From Octopus bimaculoides (Eukaryota): DNA of 64,000 nucleotides. Location: NCBI RefSeq assembly GCF_001194135.2, contig NC_068983.1, positions 165,905,374 to 165,969,373 on the forward strand, read 5' to 3'. Within the stretch, counting starts at the first letter, position 1; the number at the start of each line of letters is the position of its first letter. The position numbers and the translations under genes are program-made. Positions 53,295 through 64,000 of the stretch are shown here, in pieces. Below the pieces are notes generated by a model, which was not told the origin of the DNA, searched no databases, and saw nothing but the letters and a program-made list of their open reading frames with translations.

Positions 53295-53990
53295 ACTTGG
53301 ACTCCATCAATTTGGTTGTGATAGCAGCATTTATGGCTGTTTGTTTCCCAACATAAGCATTCTTCTGATTTAAAATAAAGCAAAAAAGCTTCCACCTCTT
53401 CATTGATGAAGCGTCCCTAGCACTGGATGTGAGCCACAAGTTGGAACAAGTATTAATCCAAGGAAGTTAGGTTCGGACTATATGCTGGGTGGGGAATCCT
53501 TTCAATTCCCTCAAGTTCTTGGAGTTTATGTTGGGTCGCTGGAATGGTATGAGGTCTTGAGTTGTCTCGCTGCAGAAAAGTTTGTTTTCTGTTAACCAAT
53601 GCCGGGTATTTTTTGCCACACAATGGCATACATCAGTGAGATGCCAAACTCACCAGATTTGCATCTCTGGCTTGGAGCACATCCTTGGAATCCAGTTTTA
53701 GGTCTACTTCACTTTGTCTGATCATCAAGGTTCTTGCAACACAAAATCTCTTGAACTGTCTGGCTATTTATGTTATGATCGACTGTGCCTTCACCTGTTT
53801 GTGGTTGCATCTGTGGCATTATGGCCCACTTTGAAATTGTAAAACATAAGTTCCTGAACTAGACAACATTGCACATTCATCTGTGTGGCTTTCAAATCAC
53901 ACATGTCTGCTCACCAACTACTATGATACTATAAACCTCAGCAGCTACCTTCCATGGCTTGAACTCCTTTGGTCATGTGATATATACATC
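53295..53990 (-). mobile_element. Old mariner remnant
   Basis: LQRDNSRPHT..QHKLQEL..PHPAYSPNL. Confidence 0.7.
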
Positions 53991-54717
53991 ACAAACTAGC
54001 ACTTATGCAAATATTCTTTTCTACTCTAGGCACAAGGCCCGAAATTTTTGAGGAGGGAGCCAGTTGATTAGATCGACTCCAGTACGCAACTGGTATTTAA
54101 TTTATCGACTCAAAAAGGATGAAAGGCAAAGTTGACCTCGGCAGAATTTGAACTCAGAACATAAAGACAGACGAAATACTGCTAAGCATTTTACCAGGCG
54201 CGCTAACGTTTCTACGAGCTCACCACCTTAGCACTTGTGCAAATATTATAAAATTTTTGACTTAAACTCGATATTTCTAAAAAAACTGATTATATTTCAG
54301 ATATTTATCATCATCATCATCATCGTTTAACGTCCGTTTTCCATGCTGGCATGGGTTGGGTGGTTTGACTGGGGTCTGGGAAGCCAGGAGGCTGCACCAG
54401 GCTCCAGTCTGATCTGGCAGTGTTTCTACAGCTGGATGCCCTTCCTGACGCCAACCACTCCAAGAGTGTGTAGTGGGTGGGTTTTATCTGCCACTGGCAG
54501 AGGGGGCTGGCAACGACCATGATCGGTTGGTGCTTTTTTTATATACAAACTATTTCTTTGTTTCTTTCTAAGTTTGTACTAACTTCATTAAAAAATAATT
54601 GTGTAGAAATGAATTCATTTTGAAGTGTTTCCATCAATATTGGATTAAGAAGATAATTCAGAATTCTGAAATTGATTGTTTAAATGGGAAAATAGGATCT
54701 TTGACAGAAGAATTGTC

Positions 54718-55050
54718 CATTATTTACATTTGACGGATATTTGTCCTCATCTTGTTTGTTGTTAACACATTTTGGTTGATATACCCTCCAGCCTTCATCA
54801 GGTGTCTTGGGGAAATTTTGAACCTGGATTCACATTCCTAAGGTATTTTTCAATGTTGTTGTTGTTGTTCAGGTCACTGCCTGGAATAATAATAACACGG
54901 AAAAATACCTTAGGAATGAGAACCGAGGTTCAAAATTTTCCTGAGACACCTGATGAAGGCTGGAGGGTATATCAGCTGAAACATTGTGTTAACAACAAAC
55001 ATCCATCAAATGTAAATAATGTAAATAATTCCTCATCTCTTAAGTATAGA
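54718..55050. mobile_element. Non-autonomous Penelope-like foldback insertion with 14-bp flanking direct repeat
   Basis: Arms about 54718-54851 and 54900-55020 are reverse complements; ACAGAAGAATTGTC at 54704-54717 and 55051-55064. Confidence 0.6.
54945..54990 (+). ncRNA. Minimal type I hammerhead ribozyme motif (Penelope-type), probably inactivated
   Basis: GACAC-CUGAUGA-AGGCUG-loop-CAGCU-GAA-ACAU-U-GUGUU; stem I GACAC/GUGUU; inverted degenerate copy at 54764-54806. Confidence 0.6.
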
Positions 55051-56829
55051 ACAGAAGAATTGTCATCATCATTATCATTGTTTTAATGTCCACTTTTCCC
55101 TGCTTGCATGGATAGGACGGAATTTACTGACACAGATTTTCAAAGTCTGGATGCTGTTCCTGTTGCCAACCTTCACCTGCTTCCAGGGCAAGGTAATATT
55201 CCCCCCTCAGCCAGACATGCTATCATAGAAGATTGTAAATGAACAATGGTGTATGATGATGATCCTCATTTACAGATATCTCATGATGTCAAGACAAAGG
55301 TACCCACAGTCACACATACCCCAAACATGTGTGATGCAGATGTGGATGTGCAGCTAAGAAGCTTGCTTCCCAACCATGTGATGCCAATAAAATGAAGTAA
55401 AAGTCCGAACCAGAACTGTCAGTAGGTATTCAATAACTTTAACCATACATATATAGCAATAACACAGGAGATAAAAAAAACAGTTTTATTTTGGATAGAA
55501 GATAAAACCCAATATAACTACAACACGCATGCTACAGCATCTTGCCTTTCAATTATGTATATACATTTAGTATGATATACTAATTTAATGCTGTTTTGTG
55601 GACAAGTTTTCTGCAGCCTGGCAAGCTTTCTGCAATATCAGTGAATGTCTCATTATTTTTTGTTTTTTATACATTGGAGGAGAATGGATTTTCATTTGGG
55701 CAGGTAACAACCAGGTACACATCATCGACATGGTCCAAGAAGGTCAAAATGTGTCTGGCATTCTTGTGAGTAACTGCCAGGATAATGTTCACCTCACTGC
55801 AATACTTAGTGATTTTAAATCAATGTATCTAGGAACAGATTTACTCTCAGACAAAAACCATAACATCATGCCTTTCAGTGGTGTATGTACAATAGGTATG
55901 GTACACAGATGTGTGTTGTGTGTGCACGTGATAATTGTGTTATATCTGTTTGAATAAATAACTGTTTAAGCTGTGTTTTTCTTATTATCATCTTTATACA
56001 TAAAAGGCAGGATGTGTGTGTGTACGTGAATGTAATTTATGCACGTCCACAAATTAGTATGCATGTCGCTCCAATTTTAGGAGGACATTCGTCATGACCC
56101 TAGCTGCATTTTCATCAATTTATTTTTCCCAGAGGCACCAGCGAATAGCAGTAAAAATAAATTTTCAACGAAAACTTTTAATAATTTTCAAATTGGAGAA
56201 ATCCACAATTGTTTACAAACAGGAGTTAAGTCCCCTTCTAGCGACGAGTAAGTTTTTGTTAAGACTTTTGTTGGTTTTTTTTTTCCATTGAGGAAAAAAT
56301 GTTTTGTTGATATACGGGCAACACACACACGAACATGTATGTGTACAAAAAATATGTATGCTAATGGTGTATGTACGTGTGTGTTGCCTATNNNNNNNNN
56401 NNNNNNNNNNNNNNNNNNNNNNNNNNNNNNNNNNNNNNNNNNNNNNNNNNNNNNNNNNNNNNNNNNNNNNNNNNNNNNNNNNNNNNNNNNNNNNNNNNNN
56501 NNNNNNNNNNNNNNNNNNNNNNNNNNNNNNNNNNNNNNNNNNNNNNNNNNNNNNNNNNNNNNNNNNCTCAATCAAATTTAATTTATCAAAAATTAAAATT
56601 AAATTAAGTTTCACAGTATATAATATATAAATATATAATTTAGAGAAAAGAACCAAAGTTCATGAACTCATCCATGAAAATCCAGTCACATATAGAAAAA
56701 TTTAATAAGTAACAAAAAATATTCCTTTCTAGATGGAATGGGGATATCCTTCAAAGATGAATTCCAAAACAGCAGCTCTATTCTACCTGTAAATTCCATA
56801 ACTAATGAAAATTAGAAGTTAAATACAAA

Positions 56830-57170
56830 CAATAGACATTATACATACACTTAAGACTTCGTTGTGATCTGAACAGAACCACTTCTGACAGAGAATCGGG
56901 AGCCCTTTTGAGCATTCTATTTTTCTTGCTGGAAGGGTTCCCGACCCATGTGCAAAGAGGGGTTAGATGATGGGGGTGGTGTTTTCAAAGGGCTGGCATG
57001 TGTAACCTGATCACCTCTGCCAATCAAACTCCCAACCCATGAGCTCCCGTCGCGACTCTGATTCTGCCCAAATTTGACGTCGATGTTACTTAGTTTGGTT
57101 TGAAAGAAAGAACTTGATTAGCTCAATAATCCTAACTTAATCCCGGGCAAAGCCAGGCTATACTGCTACT
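56830..57170 (+). mobile_element. Helitron-like non-autonomous element (3' end at 57141-57170)
   Basis: CCCGGGCAAAGCCAGG hairpin followed by a CTAG-like terminus; 5' end uncertain. Confidence 0.45.
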
Positions 57171-57767
57171 TAGACATATATCTCCCTTGTTTTTACATGG
57201 TTTTTGATTTACACTTGACTGATGGACCTAATCAGTCATGTAGTCCCAGGGTCAGCTGTACAAACCATTTAGCTTTGTCCAAAACATGCAACTACTATAC
57301 TCTGGAAACAGTTATGCTTTCAACTTTTTACATCTTGACTGTCATTATCAACAGAACAACCACACACACACACACACACATTTGCACGCAGCTTCTATAC
57401 TCTGGTTGCAGATCTCCAGTTATAACTACAGATAATAGTGTTTTTGGTACCAAATGCTAAATCAGTAACCAAAATATAGGAAGATGGCAGTAAGCACTAT
57501 AAGGTATTTATAATGCCTAAATAAATAGTTTTAACCCTTTTGTTAAAATACACTACCTTTGTTTTAATAAATTTTGATAATAATTAGGAATATTTTGTAA
57601 AATAACTGTCATATTATGTTGGTGTTTGATATATAACATGAAATTTTGATGGAAAGATGTAAATCTAGTGTACTTTAGAACAGGAAATTTGTATCATTGA
57701 AACGAAAACCGGTTTTGGTTCAGTTGGTGCCAAAAGGGTTACAAAAGAAGCATCCTTCAAACTTGAT

Positions 57768-58363
57768 TTAGAAAATGCTTTGGAGGACCTCAGGACATGA
57801 TGCAGAATGGTTCCTTTCATAGCAATCATTGTATGGGACAAGCAAATCTGTTTTCTTATCAATGTATTCTTCATTAGAATCACTTTCACTGGGTGCCAGA
57901 GTAAAACATGAGACTCCAGGGTCCCAGTTTTGAAGAGCTGTTGTATTATCAACAAAAGAAATCACTGGTTTATCAGACTTGTATGTCACTTTAGCAAATG
58001 GCGTGTCGCCTTCAAACAACAATTGTCCATTTAACAAAATACTTGGTCTGTTGTGAGGTTTATAGGCAGGTTTCACTTCCTCGTCAATTAATTTGTTTGT
58101 CTCCAACTCATCTTTCTCTGTATTGTCAACATCGTCTGACATATCTTCTTCCATTCCTGAAGATTTTTTTGCAGTCTTTTTGTGGAACTTCTTGATAACA
58201 CAACTAATGAAATTCAAAATCAAAATGATACTTAAAACACACAGTATGAAAACTAAAATGTTTAAAACCATCTTCAAGTGAATCAATTCTGCTTCTGGAT
58301 TTGGAATCTGACCAATTTTTTTGGACGTAGCAAAGAAATGGGTTGTGCATTCCACTGAAGTCT
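57768..58363 (-). CDS. Transmembrane + cytoplasmic exon of orphan membrane protein
   Basis: Part of the 210-aa ORF 57768..58400; polypyrimidine AG at 58365-58364; about 26-aa hydrophobic run followed by a basic cluster. Confidence 0.78.
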
Positions 58364-59971
58364 CTGAAACAAATGAAACTATATTGGAGATTACAAACAC
58401 AAATAATAATAATAATTATTATTGAAGCAAAAAAAAAAGATATGACTGTAGAGAACAAGAAAAAGAGAAAAACAGTGTAATATGATGGGTTTTGCAAAGT
58501 CCTTTTTGATAAGAGAGTGGATACCAAAGAAATTGAGAAATACGAAGACTTAGCCAAAGAGAAATGAACAGATTATGGAAGGCAAAAGTGAAGATTGTTC
58601 TTGCGGTATTTGGTGCATTTGATACCACATCCAAATTGCAATCTAAGAGGCTGAAGAATACTGGAATTGAGACATGCATTACCAAACTGCAGAAAAGTGC
58701 AATTCTGTATTCTGCACAAATTCTAAGAAAGATGCTTGAGGTTTGAGGAGACTTGTTCTCACCAAACCTCAGGATAACGTACCTCCTCATTAAATTAGCT
58801 CATTATAGCTTTTGAGTAGTAGTAGTAGTAGTTTCTACTACAGGCACAAGGCCTAAAATTTTTGGGAGGGGAGAGGACAAGTTGGTTACACTGACCCCCC
58901 CCCCCCCATCCATGTTCATGGTGGTAGTAGTAGTTTCAAATGTTGGCATAAGGCCAACAGTTTTCAGGTTAGGGGGTTAATCAATTACATCTACCCCAGT
59001 ACTTGACTGCTATTTTATTTTATTGACCCCCAAAAGGATGAAAGGCAGAGTTGACCTTGGCAGGATTTGAACTCAGAAGAAATACTGCAAAATATTTCTT
59101 TCTTTGAAGAAAGCCACCAAGGAAATAGGCCCAGCAGCAAGAACTAGCTCAAGGTGGCCATGGTTGAAAAGAAACTGCAAGTGGAACCGTTCTGTAGGGG
59201 AAGACTAGTTCCCTGCCCCACTCAGGTGAAGTGCGCAGGCTAAGGGGCAGAACACTTGTGACCCTGAGATATCTGTTGGCGCTAATGGAAGGGCTTTCGA
59301 AGAGCAAACCTCTGAATAACCCCTGCAGTTTCTCTGTATGGGGCAAGGCATCTCCGATATTTATTCCCCCTCACTTTCTGCTGCCTTAGAGATGACGAGA
59401 AGAATCAGCCCAAACACTGGTGTTTTATTCGCTGACCCCAGAAGGGTGGAAACAATGTTGGCCTTGGTGAGGCCTTTGCCATTATTGAGCTGCTGATTGG
59501 AACATAAATTAACATGAAATTGTGAAGGAAGATTTTAATTTAGATCACTTTCAAGTAAGAAACATGTTTCATAGAACCATGGTCAGTCCAAGATGAGTTA
59601 GTCTCAAAAGGGTTATTAATCTTTATTACTCTTTGTTTATAAACTTGCTTTACCTTTTTTCTCCGGAAGGTGACAGGTGGCAGTAAACGTCTGCAAGTTA
59701 CACAAAGCTTTGCAGCTGAAAACCTGTGCTGTACGTCTGTCACTTATTCTTATTTTTGAAAAATATCCATTATGGAATTTTGGTTGTTTACTAATGGTCA
59801 AAACCACTTCTTTGTGAGTGTCCTGGTCTATTTCTTGTACCCACCAAATATGTTCACATTTCAAGTGTGTGTCTGTTAAATCTGTTACTTTACAATTTAA
59901 AGATTGTGTGTTGTTGGTGTTTCCAGAAGATTCTTTCACAGTAATCATTATTTGTATCTGTCCTTCTACAT
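57768..59971 (-). CDS. Orphan Ig-like domain, single-pass type I membrane protein (5' end uncertain)
   Basis: Exon 59971-59654 (318 nt, phase 1-1, tttttAG/GTAAAG) encodes SLNCKV..IWW..GYFSKIRI..FSC. It splices in frame to exon 58363-57768 (ttgtttcAG), which encodes a stalk, TM segment MVLNILVFILCVLSIILILNFISCVI, KKFHKK stop-transfer and an acidic cytoplasmic tail ending QSIF*. Confidence 0.75.
58480..58790 (+). mobile_element. RLE-encoding (R4/Dong-like) non-LTR retrotransposon 3' fragment
   Basis: KIEKYEDLAKE..RLWKAKVKIVLAVFGAF..LQKSAILYSAQILRKMLEV*. Confidence 0.75.
59100..59340 (+). mobile_element. Possible HERO/NeSL-like RLE LINE 3' end
   Basis: LKKATKEIGPAARTSSRWPWLKR resembles the C-terminus of this clade. 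Confidence 0.4.
59654..59971 (-). CDS. Ig-like domain exon of orphan membrane protein
   Basis: Open frame of 105 codons, phase 1 at both ends, Cys...Trp...x-x-Cys spacing typical of a constant-type Ig fold. Confidence 0.7.
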
Positions 59972-60898
59972 CTAAAAACGATGAAATAAAAAAAGATTAT
60001 TTATTTGAAATTATGAAATCTACAAGAAATGTTAGTTTTTGTTGTATCTTTCATATTTTTTATAGAAAAAATTCTTCCTTCATTTCATTGAGGAATTTTG
60101 TTGTATTTTTATGAGTTGACCAAAATTAAAGGAACAATAACATAACACCTAAAAAAACTTCCCAAGTTAGTGGAGAAATTTGATGTTTTGTACAAACTTC
60201 TGAAGGCTGGTAGCTGTTGGAATTTGGGGTAAGAATTTAACCTTTTTGTTGACATATTTCTGCTGAAATACTCTGCCTTTGTTTCATTTAACTGTCATTA
60301 TTAATCTGGTGTTTGGGACATGAAATTATGATGGAAGGTTTTAATTTATATCGCTTTAAAACAGGAATTTTGTATTATTAAAACCAGGAACCATCGTTAG
60401 TGGGTTAATATCAAAAGTGGGTTAATTTCAACCAGCTGAAAATGGGTAGATTTACTTCTGAGGGTAGAGAACATAGATTCGATAGATTTTTCACAAATTA
60501 GTAAATTCAAAGTGTCAGAGAGTTAAGCCTTCTTTAGCATTTAAACCGGTCAAAATATTCTGTCTGTTTTATGCTCAAATTGGCCAGATCTGGTTTCTTA
60601 CACCTACCTGACAATGTCATTCTAAAAATCAAAATCTCATCGCTACAAGATAATACATGATTAATTCAAAACAGTGTGAAAAAATAAGCATTACTTCTGA
60701 CAGAATAATAGGAATGCTAAAGAATTAAGCAATTGCTTTTATAAAACAGCCGTAAACTCCCACAAAACCATTTCCTGTTGCTTCAGGTTCAGCTATACCA
60801 CTGAACTTCTCTCCTACTCGTTTCTGTTGAAATGCACCGGCTTTGTTTCAATTAATTTTGAAATAATGAAGAATTTAGTAAAATAACTTATGTCGTTA

Positions 60899-61126
60899 TT
60901 AACCCGTGAACATTCAGATTATCTTATTAAATGTAATGTTTATTTATTTACATTGTTTTGAATGAATCATGATTCATCTCATAAATTTAAGATTTCAATG
61001 ATGCAATTGTTTATTTTTAGGATGACATTGTAGGGAAGGTTTGAGGAGCCAGATCTGGCCAGTTTGAATGTAAAACAGATAAAATCTATGGGCCAGATAT
61101 GGTCTACTTAAATGCCAAAGGGTTAA
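60899..61126. mobile_element. Second TTAA MITE family, nested in a first-family copy
   Basis: TTAA 60899-60902 and 61123-61126 interrupt the host consensus GTCATTATTAATCTGGTGTTTGG; other copies at 25635-25854, 60527-60724 (inverted), 8651-8740 (partial). Confidence 0.8.
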
Positions 61127-62071
61127 TCTGGTGTTTGGAATTAGCCTGAAATTTTTATGGAAGGATCAATTTAAAACACAGAGTCTGTATCATGGGCCCA
61201 GGGACAATCTCAGGTAGATCGGTATCAAAAGGGTTGAAATATTTTTAACCAAGTACCAAGATATGTGTCATTTGAAAGTTGTGTCACGGCTGATATACAA
61301 GATTCTCTACAAGAGTAAAGGTTTTAGTGATAATTAAACAGGTTTTATATAAATAAAGCAGAGTAGAAAAGAATAACATTGTATGAGATGTATTTATCAA
61401 CATGAGGCCCCTCGGTTCAATATTGAAATGGTGATCAGATATTAATGTGGTGCTACTGTATTTAAATTGTTGTCAACCTGTGAGAGAGAAATTAAATCTT
61501 TTCCATGTAAGATAATCCACCAAACCTTGTAATTCAAAGCTAACACTTATTCAGACAATCAAGAAAGCTTTCTTTATTTTTGTATGAGTGTGTGTGNNNN
61601 NNNNNNGTAAGTGTGTGTATGAATGTGTAGTTGGGGGGAGGGGTGTTTGAATGTATGTGTGTACAAATGTGTGTGTAAGCATGCAGGTGTAATACTATGT
61701 GGGGATGGTGTGTGTGCGTGTGTGCATGTATCCCTCTGTGTGTGTGTGTATACTGGAGCAGAATGTGTATCACCATGCCACCTGTTATCTCAGTCCTTAC
61801 TTTGTACTACAACAAGATGTCTGAGGTTTGTGATGATCTGTGAGCATTGAAGTAATTTAATCTTCATTGACGACATCCAACTCGTTTATTATTCTTTTTC
61901 TCCACACCTCTTTTATAAATTCCTTACAACCAAACCAGTGTGTCCAATCTCTGGGGTCCCACTGCCACAAAACAACAAATCCTTCAGATTCCAAACCACC
62001 CCTTATTCAGTTTATACTGTCCCTGCTATAAAACAACAACAATAAACTCCCTCAAACTCACATTCATAACA

Positions 62072-62309
62072 TACAGGGTTGGCCAAAAGTCAGCTGACAC
62101 TAAATGAAACCCATTTAATTCCAAGATTTATTTAATTTTTAACAACTGAATGAATTTAATAAAAGCACCTAAATATGAAACCTCAGGAAAATTGTTCAAC
62201 CTGAAGTCCTTCTCGACTGACACATTTTTCCATTCGAATCATTACAGAATTACAGATAATATTTATGGAATTTTGATTTACTGTCAGGTGACTTTTGACC
62301 AATCTTGTA
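62072..62309. mobile_element. Tc1/mariner MITE
   Basis: 28-nt TIR TACAGGGTTGGCCAAAAGTCAGCTGACA matches the other end 24/28; TA ends. Confidence 0.85.
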
Positions 62310-63615
62310 GTCTATGCTTTCAGTTCTTCCATTCCCCTTAACTTACCCCTCACATATTTTTCTGGTTCTGTCACTCAAATAACACCTCTCATTTGCAAAG
62401 TCTTCCTTTTCATTCTTCACAATGTGATATAAACAAACCAACACCCCGGTCATTAGCAAGTGGAACTTCCAGCTTAGTGCAGTGAATCTTCTTCAGTTTA
62501 ATCTTCAACAGAAACTTTGCCATTATGGGAGCCCTCCAGGAAATGTAGAGACCAACCCCATTGTTTATACATTGTAGTTTTGGATGGACTATAATTACTG
62601 TATGTTGTTAATGATTAATGAGAAGAATTATGTGAGATCACAAGGGTCCCATGTGGCATGCTTGCTACATGTTGTAAATGGAAGGTGAAATGACTGCATT
62701 AGTAGAGCGCTTCTAGACTTTTCTTTTGCTTGTGGCAGCCATTAGATTGTGGCCATGCTGCAGCACTGCCTTCAAGAATTTTCAGTCAAATGAATCAACC
62801 ACAGAACTTTTTTCTCTCTAAGCCTGGTACTTATTCTGTTAGGTCTCTTTTGCCAAATTGCTAACTTATGGGGATGTAAACACACCAACATTGGTTGTCA
62901 AAGCAGTGTGGGGGACAAACACACACGCACAGATAGATGACAGGCTTCTTTCAGTTTCCGTCTACTATATCCACTCACAAGGATTTGGTTAGCCCGAGGC
63001 TATAGTAGAAGACACTTGCCCAAGGTGTCACACAGTCGGACTGAACCTGGGGCCATGTGACTGGGAAGCAAGCTTCTTACCACACAGCCACTCCTGCACC
63101 TACAATGAAATATTTATGGGTGGACGTTGGTTCACTGGAATTATTGATTATAATTTGTAAATATCAAATAAAAATAAAAGTCTATTAAAGTGTTAGGGTG
63201 GGTGTATGGGGAAAAAACTTTCCAACCATGTGGTTTCAAGTTCAGTCCCACTGTGCAGTAGATGGAGGCCAATGTCTTCTACTGTAGTTCTGGGTCAACC
63301 AAAATTTTGTGAATGGATTTGATAGACGGAAATTGAAAGTAGCCTGTTGTGTGTGTGTATAATTTTTTTGGACTAATGGGTATATGTCAATTAGCATGCT
63401 GTGTAAAGTACATTCACCATTTTGAGCCACCTGGTGTCATCAACGGTTGGGGTATAATTCCACTGGATCTACATCAGGAATTCCACAGTTTTAGTTGAAA
63501 TAGGAATAACTGATGAAAGAAACAGAAGATGGATTTGATTCTAGTCTTTAAAGACCAGAACAAAATCTATCTTTTGTTTCCTTCATTAATCATTACTATA
63601 TGTATATGGGTATAT

Positions 63616-64000
63616 TACAGAGGCATCAAGCTGTTAGATCAGGTTATGAAAGTTACAGAGAGGGTCATAGCCCAACTAATTAGGGAGCGAATCAATTTAG
63701 ATGAGATGCAGTTTGGGTTCGAGCCAGGTAAAAGCACTACTGATGCCTTATTTCTAGTGAGACAGTTGCAGGAGAAATACCTAGCTAAGGATAAACCTCT
63801 GTACCTGGCTTTCGTTGACATGGAGAAAGCCTTTGACAGGGTCCCCCGATCCCTTATCTGGTGGTCAATGAGGAAACTTGGGATAGAAGAATGGTTAGTG
63901 AGAGCTGTGCGAGCCATGTACAGAGATGCTGCCAGTAAGGTGAGGGTTGGAAATGAGTACAGCAATGAATTCCGGGTAGAGGTAGGGGTCCACCAAGGTT
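63616..64000 (+). mobile_element. 5'-truncated RTE-clade LINE, RT frame open to window end
   Basis: YRGIKLLDQVMKV...QFGFEPGKSTTDALF...FVDMEKAFDRVPR...GVHQG; same family as 13651-15592. Confidence 0.92.

Noticed and set aside
55598-55957. 119-aa plus-strand ORF
   Set aside because: No recognisable domain or splice context; the length is attainable by chance. A neighbouring frame weakly resembles a decayed piggyBac transposase (GG.D..GQ..RYT).
62347-62620. Minus-strand GTAAGT donor at 62346 with upstream MTGVLVCLYH... as first exon of the Ig gene
   Set aside because: Its phase fits only the 50-nt mini-exon option; there is no signal peptide or good acceptor, and stops occur in all frames further up.

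Overview
AT-rich, repeat-dense eukaryotic genomic DNA with several N gaps. The SINE/LINE/MITE content and (GAT)n/(ATT)n/(TA)n microsatellites suggest a coleoid cephalopod, probably Octopus (inference). Three spliced genes were reconstructed by hand from GT-AG boundaries and reading frame. (1) PPIL4 (cyclophilin + RRM + Lys/RS tail), minus strand 27737->2079; 12 exons are visible and one more is predicted inside the 6083-6996 gap. (2) ACAT2-type cytosolic acetoacetyl-CoA thiolase, plus strand 30409->46086, 9 exons, 392 aa, head-to-head with PPIL4 across about 2.7 kb. (3) An orphan Ig-domain, single-pass membrane protein on the minus strand, 59971->57768, with an uncertain 5' end; the ORF track shows it only as unconnected pieces. 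The rest is RTE, CR1, Tx1, Vingi-like and RLE-type LINE fragments, three mariner remnants, hAT/Tc1/TTAA MITEs and several SINE families. Best leads: a candidate HDV-like ribozyme at the 5' end of an RTE remnant between the two promoters; an inverted pair of minimal hammerhead motifs flanked by a 14-bp direct repeat; a 30-nt candidate poison exon in PPIL4; an SRE plus CCAAT module upstream of ACAT2; and a 160-bp inverted repeat bracketing the catalytic exon of ACAT2. No rRNA, true tRNA gene or CRISPR array was seen. All alignments were done by eye, and repeat boundaries are approximate unless TSD/TIR coordinates are given.
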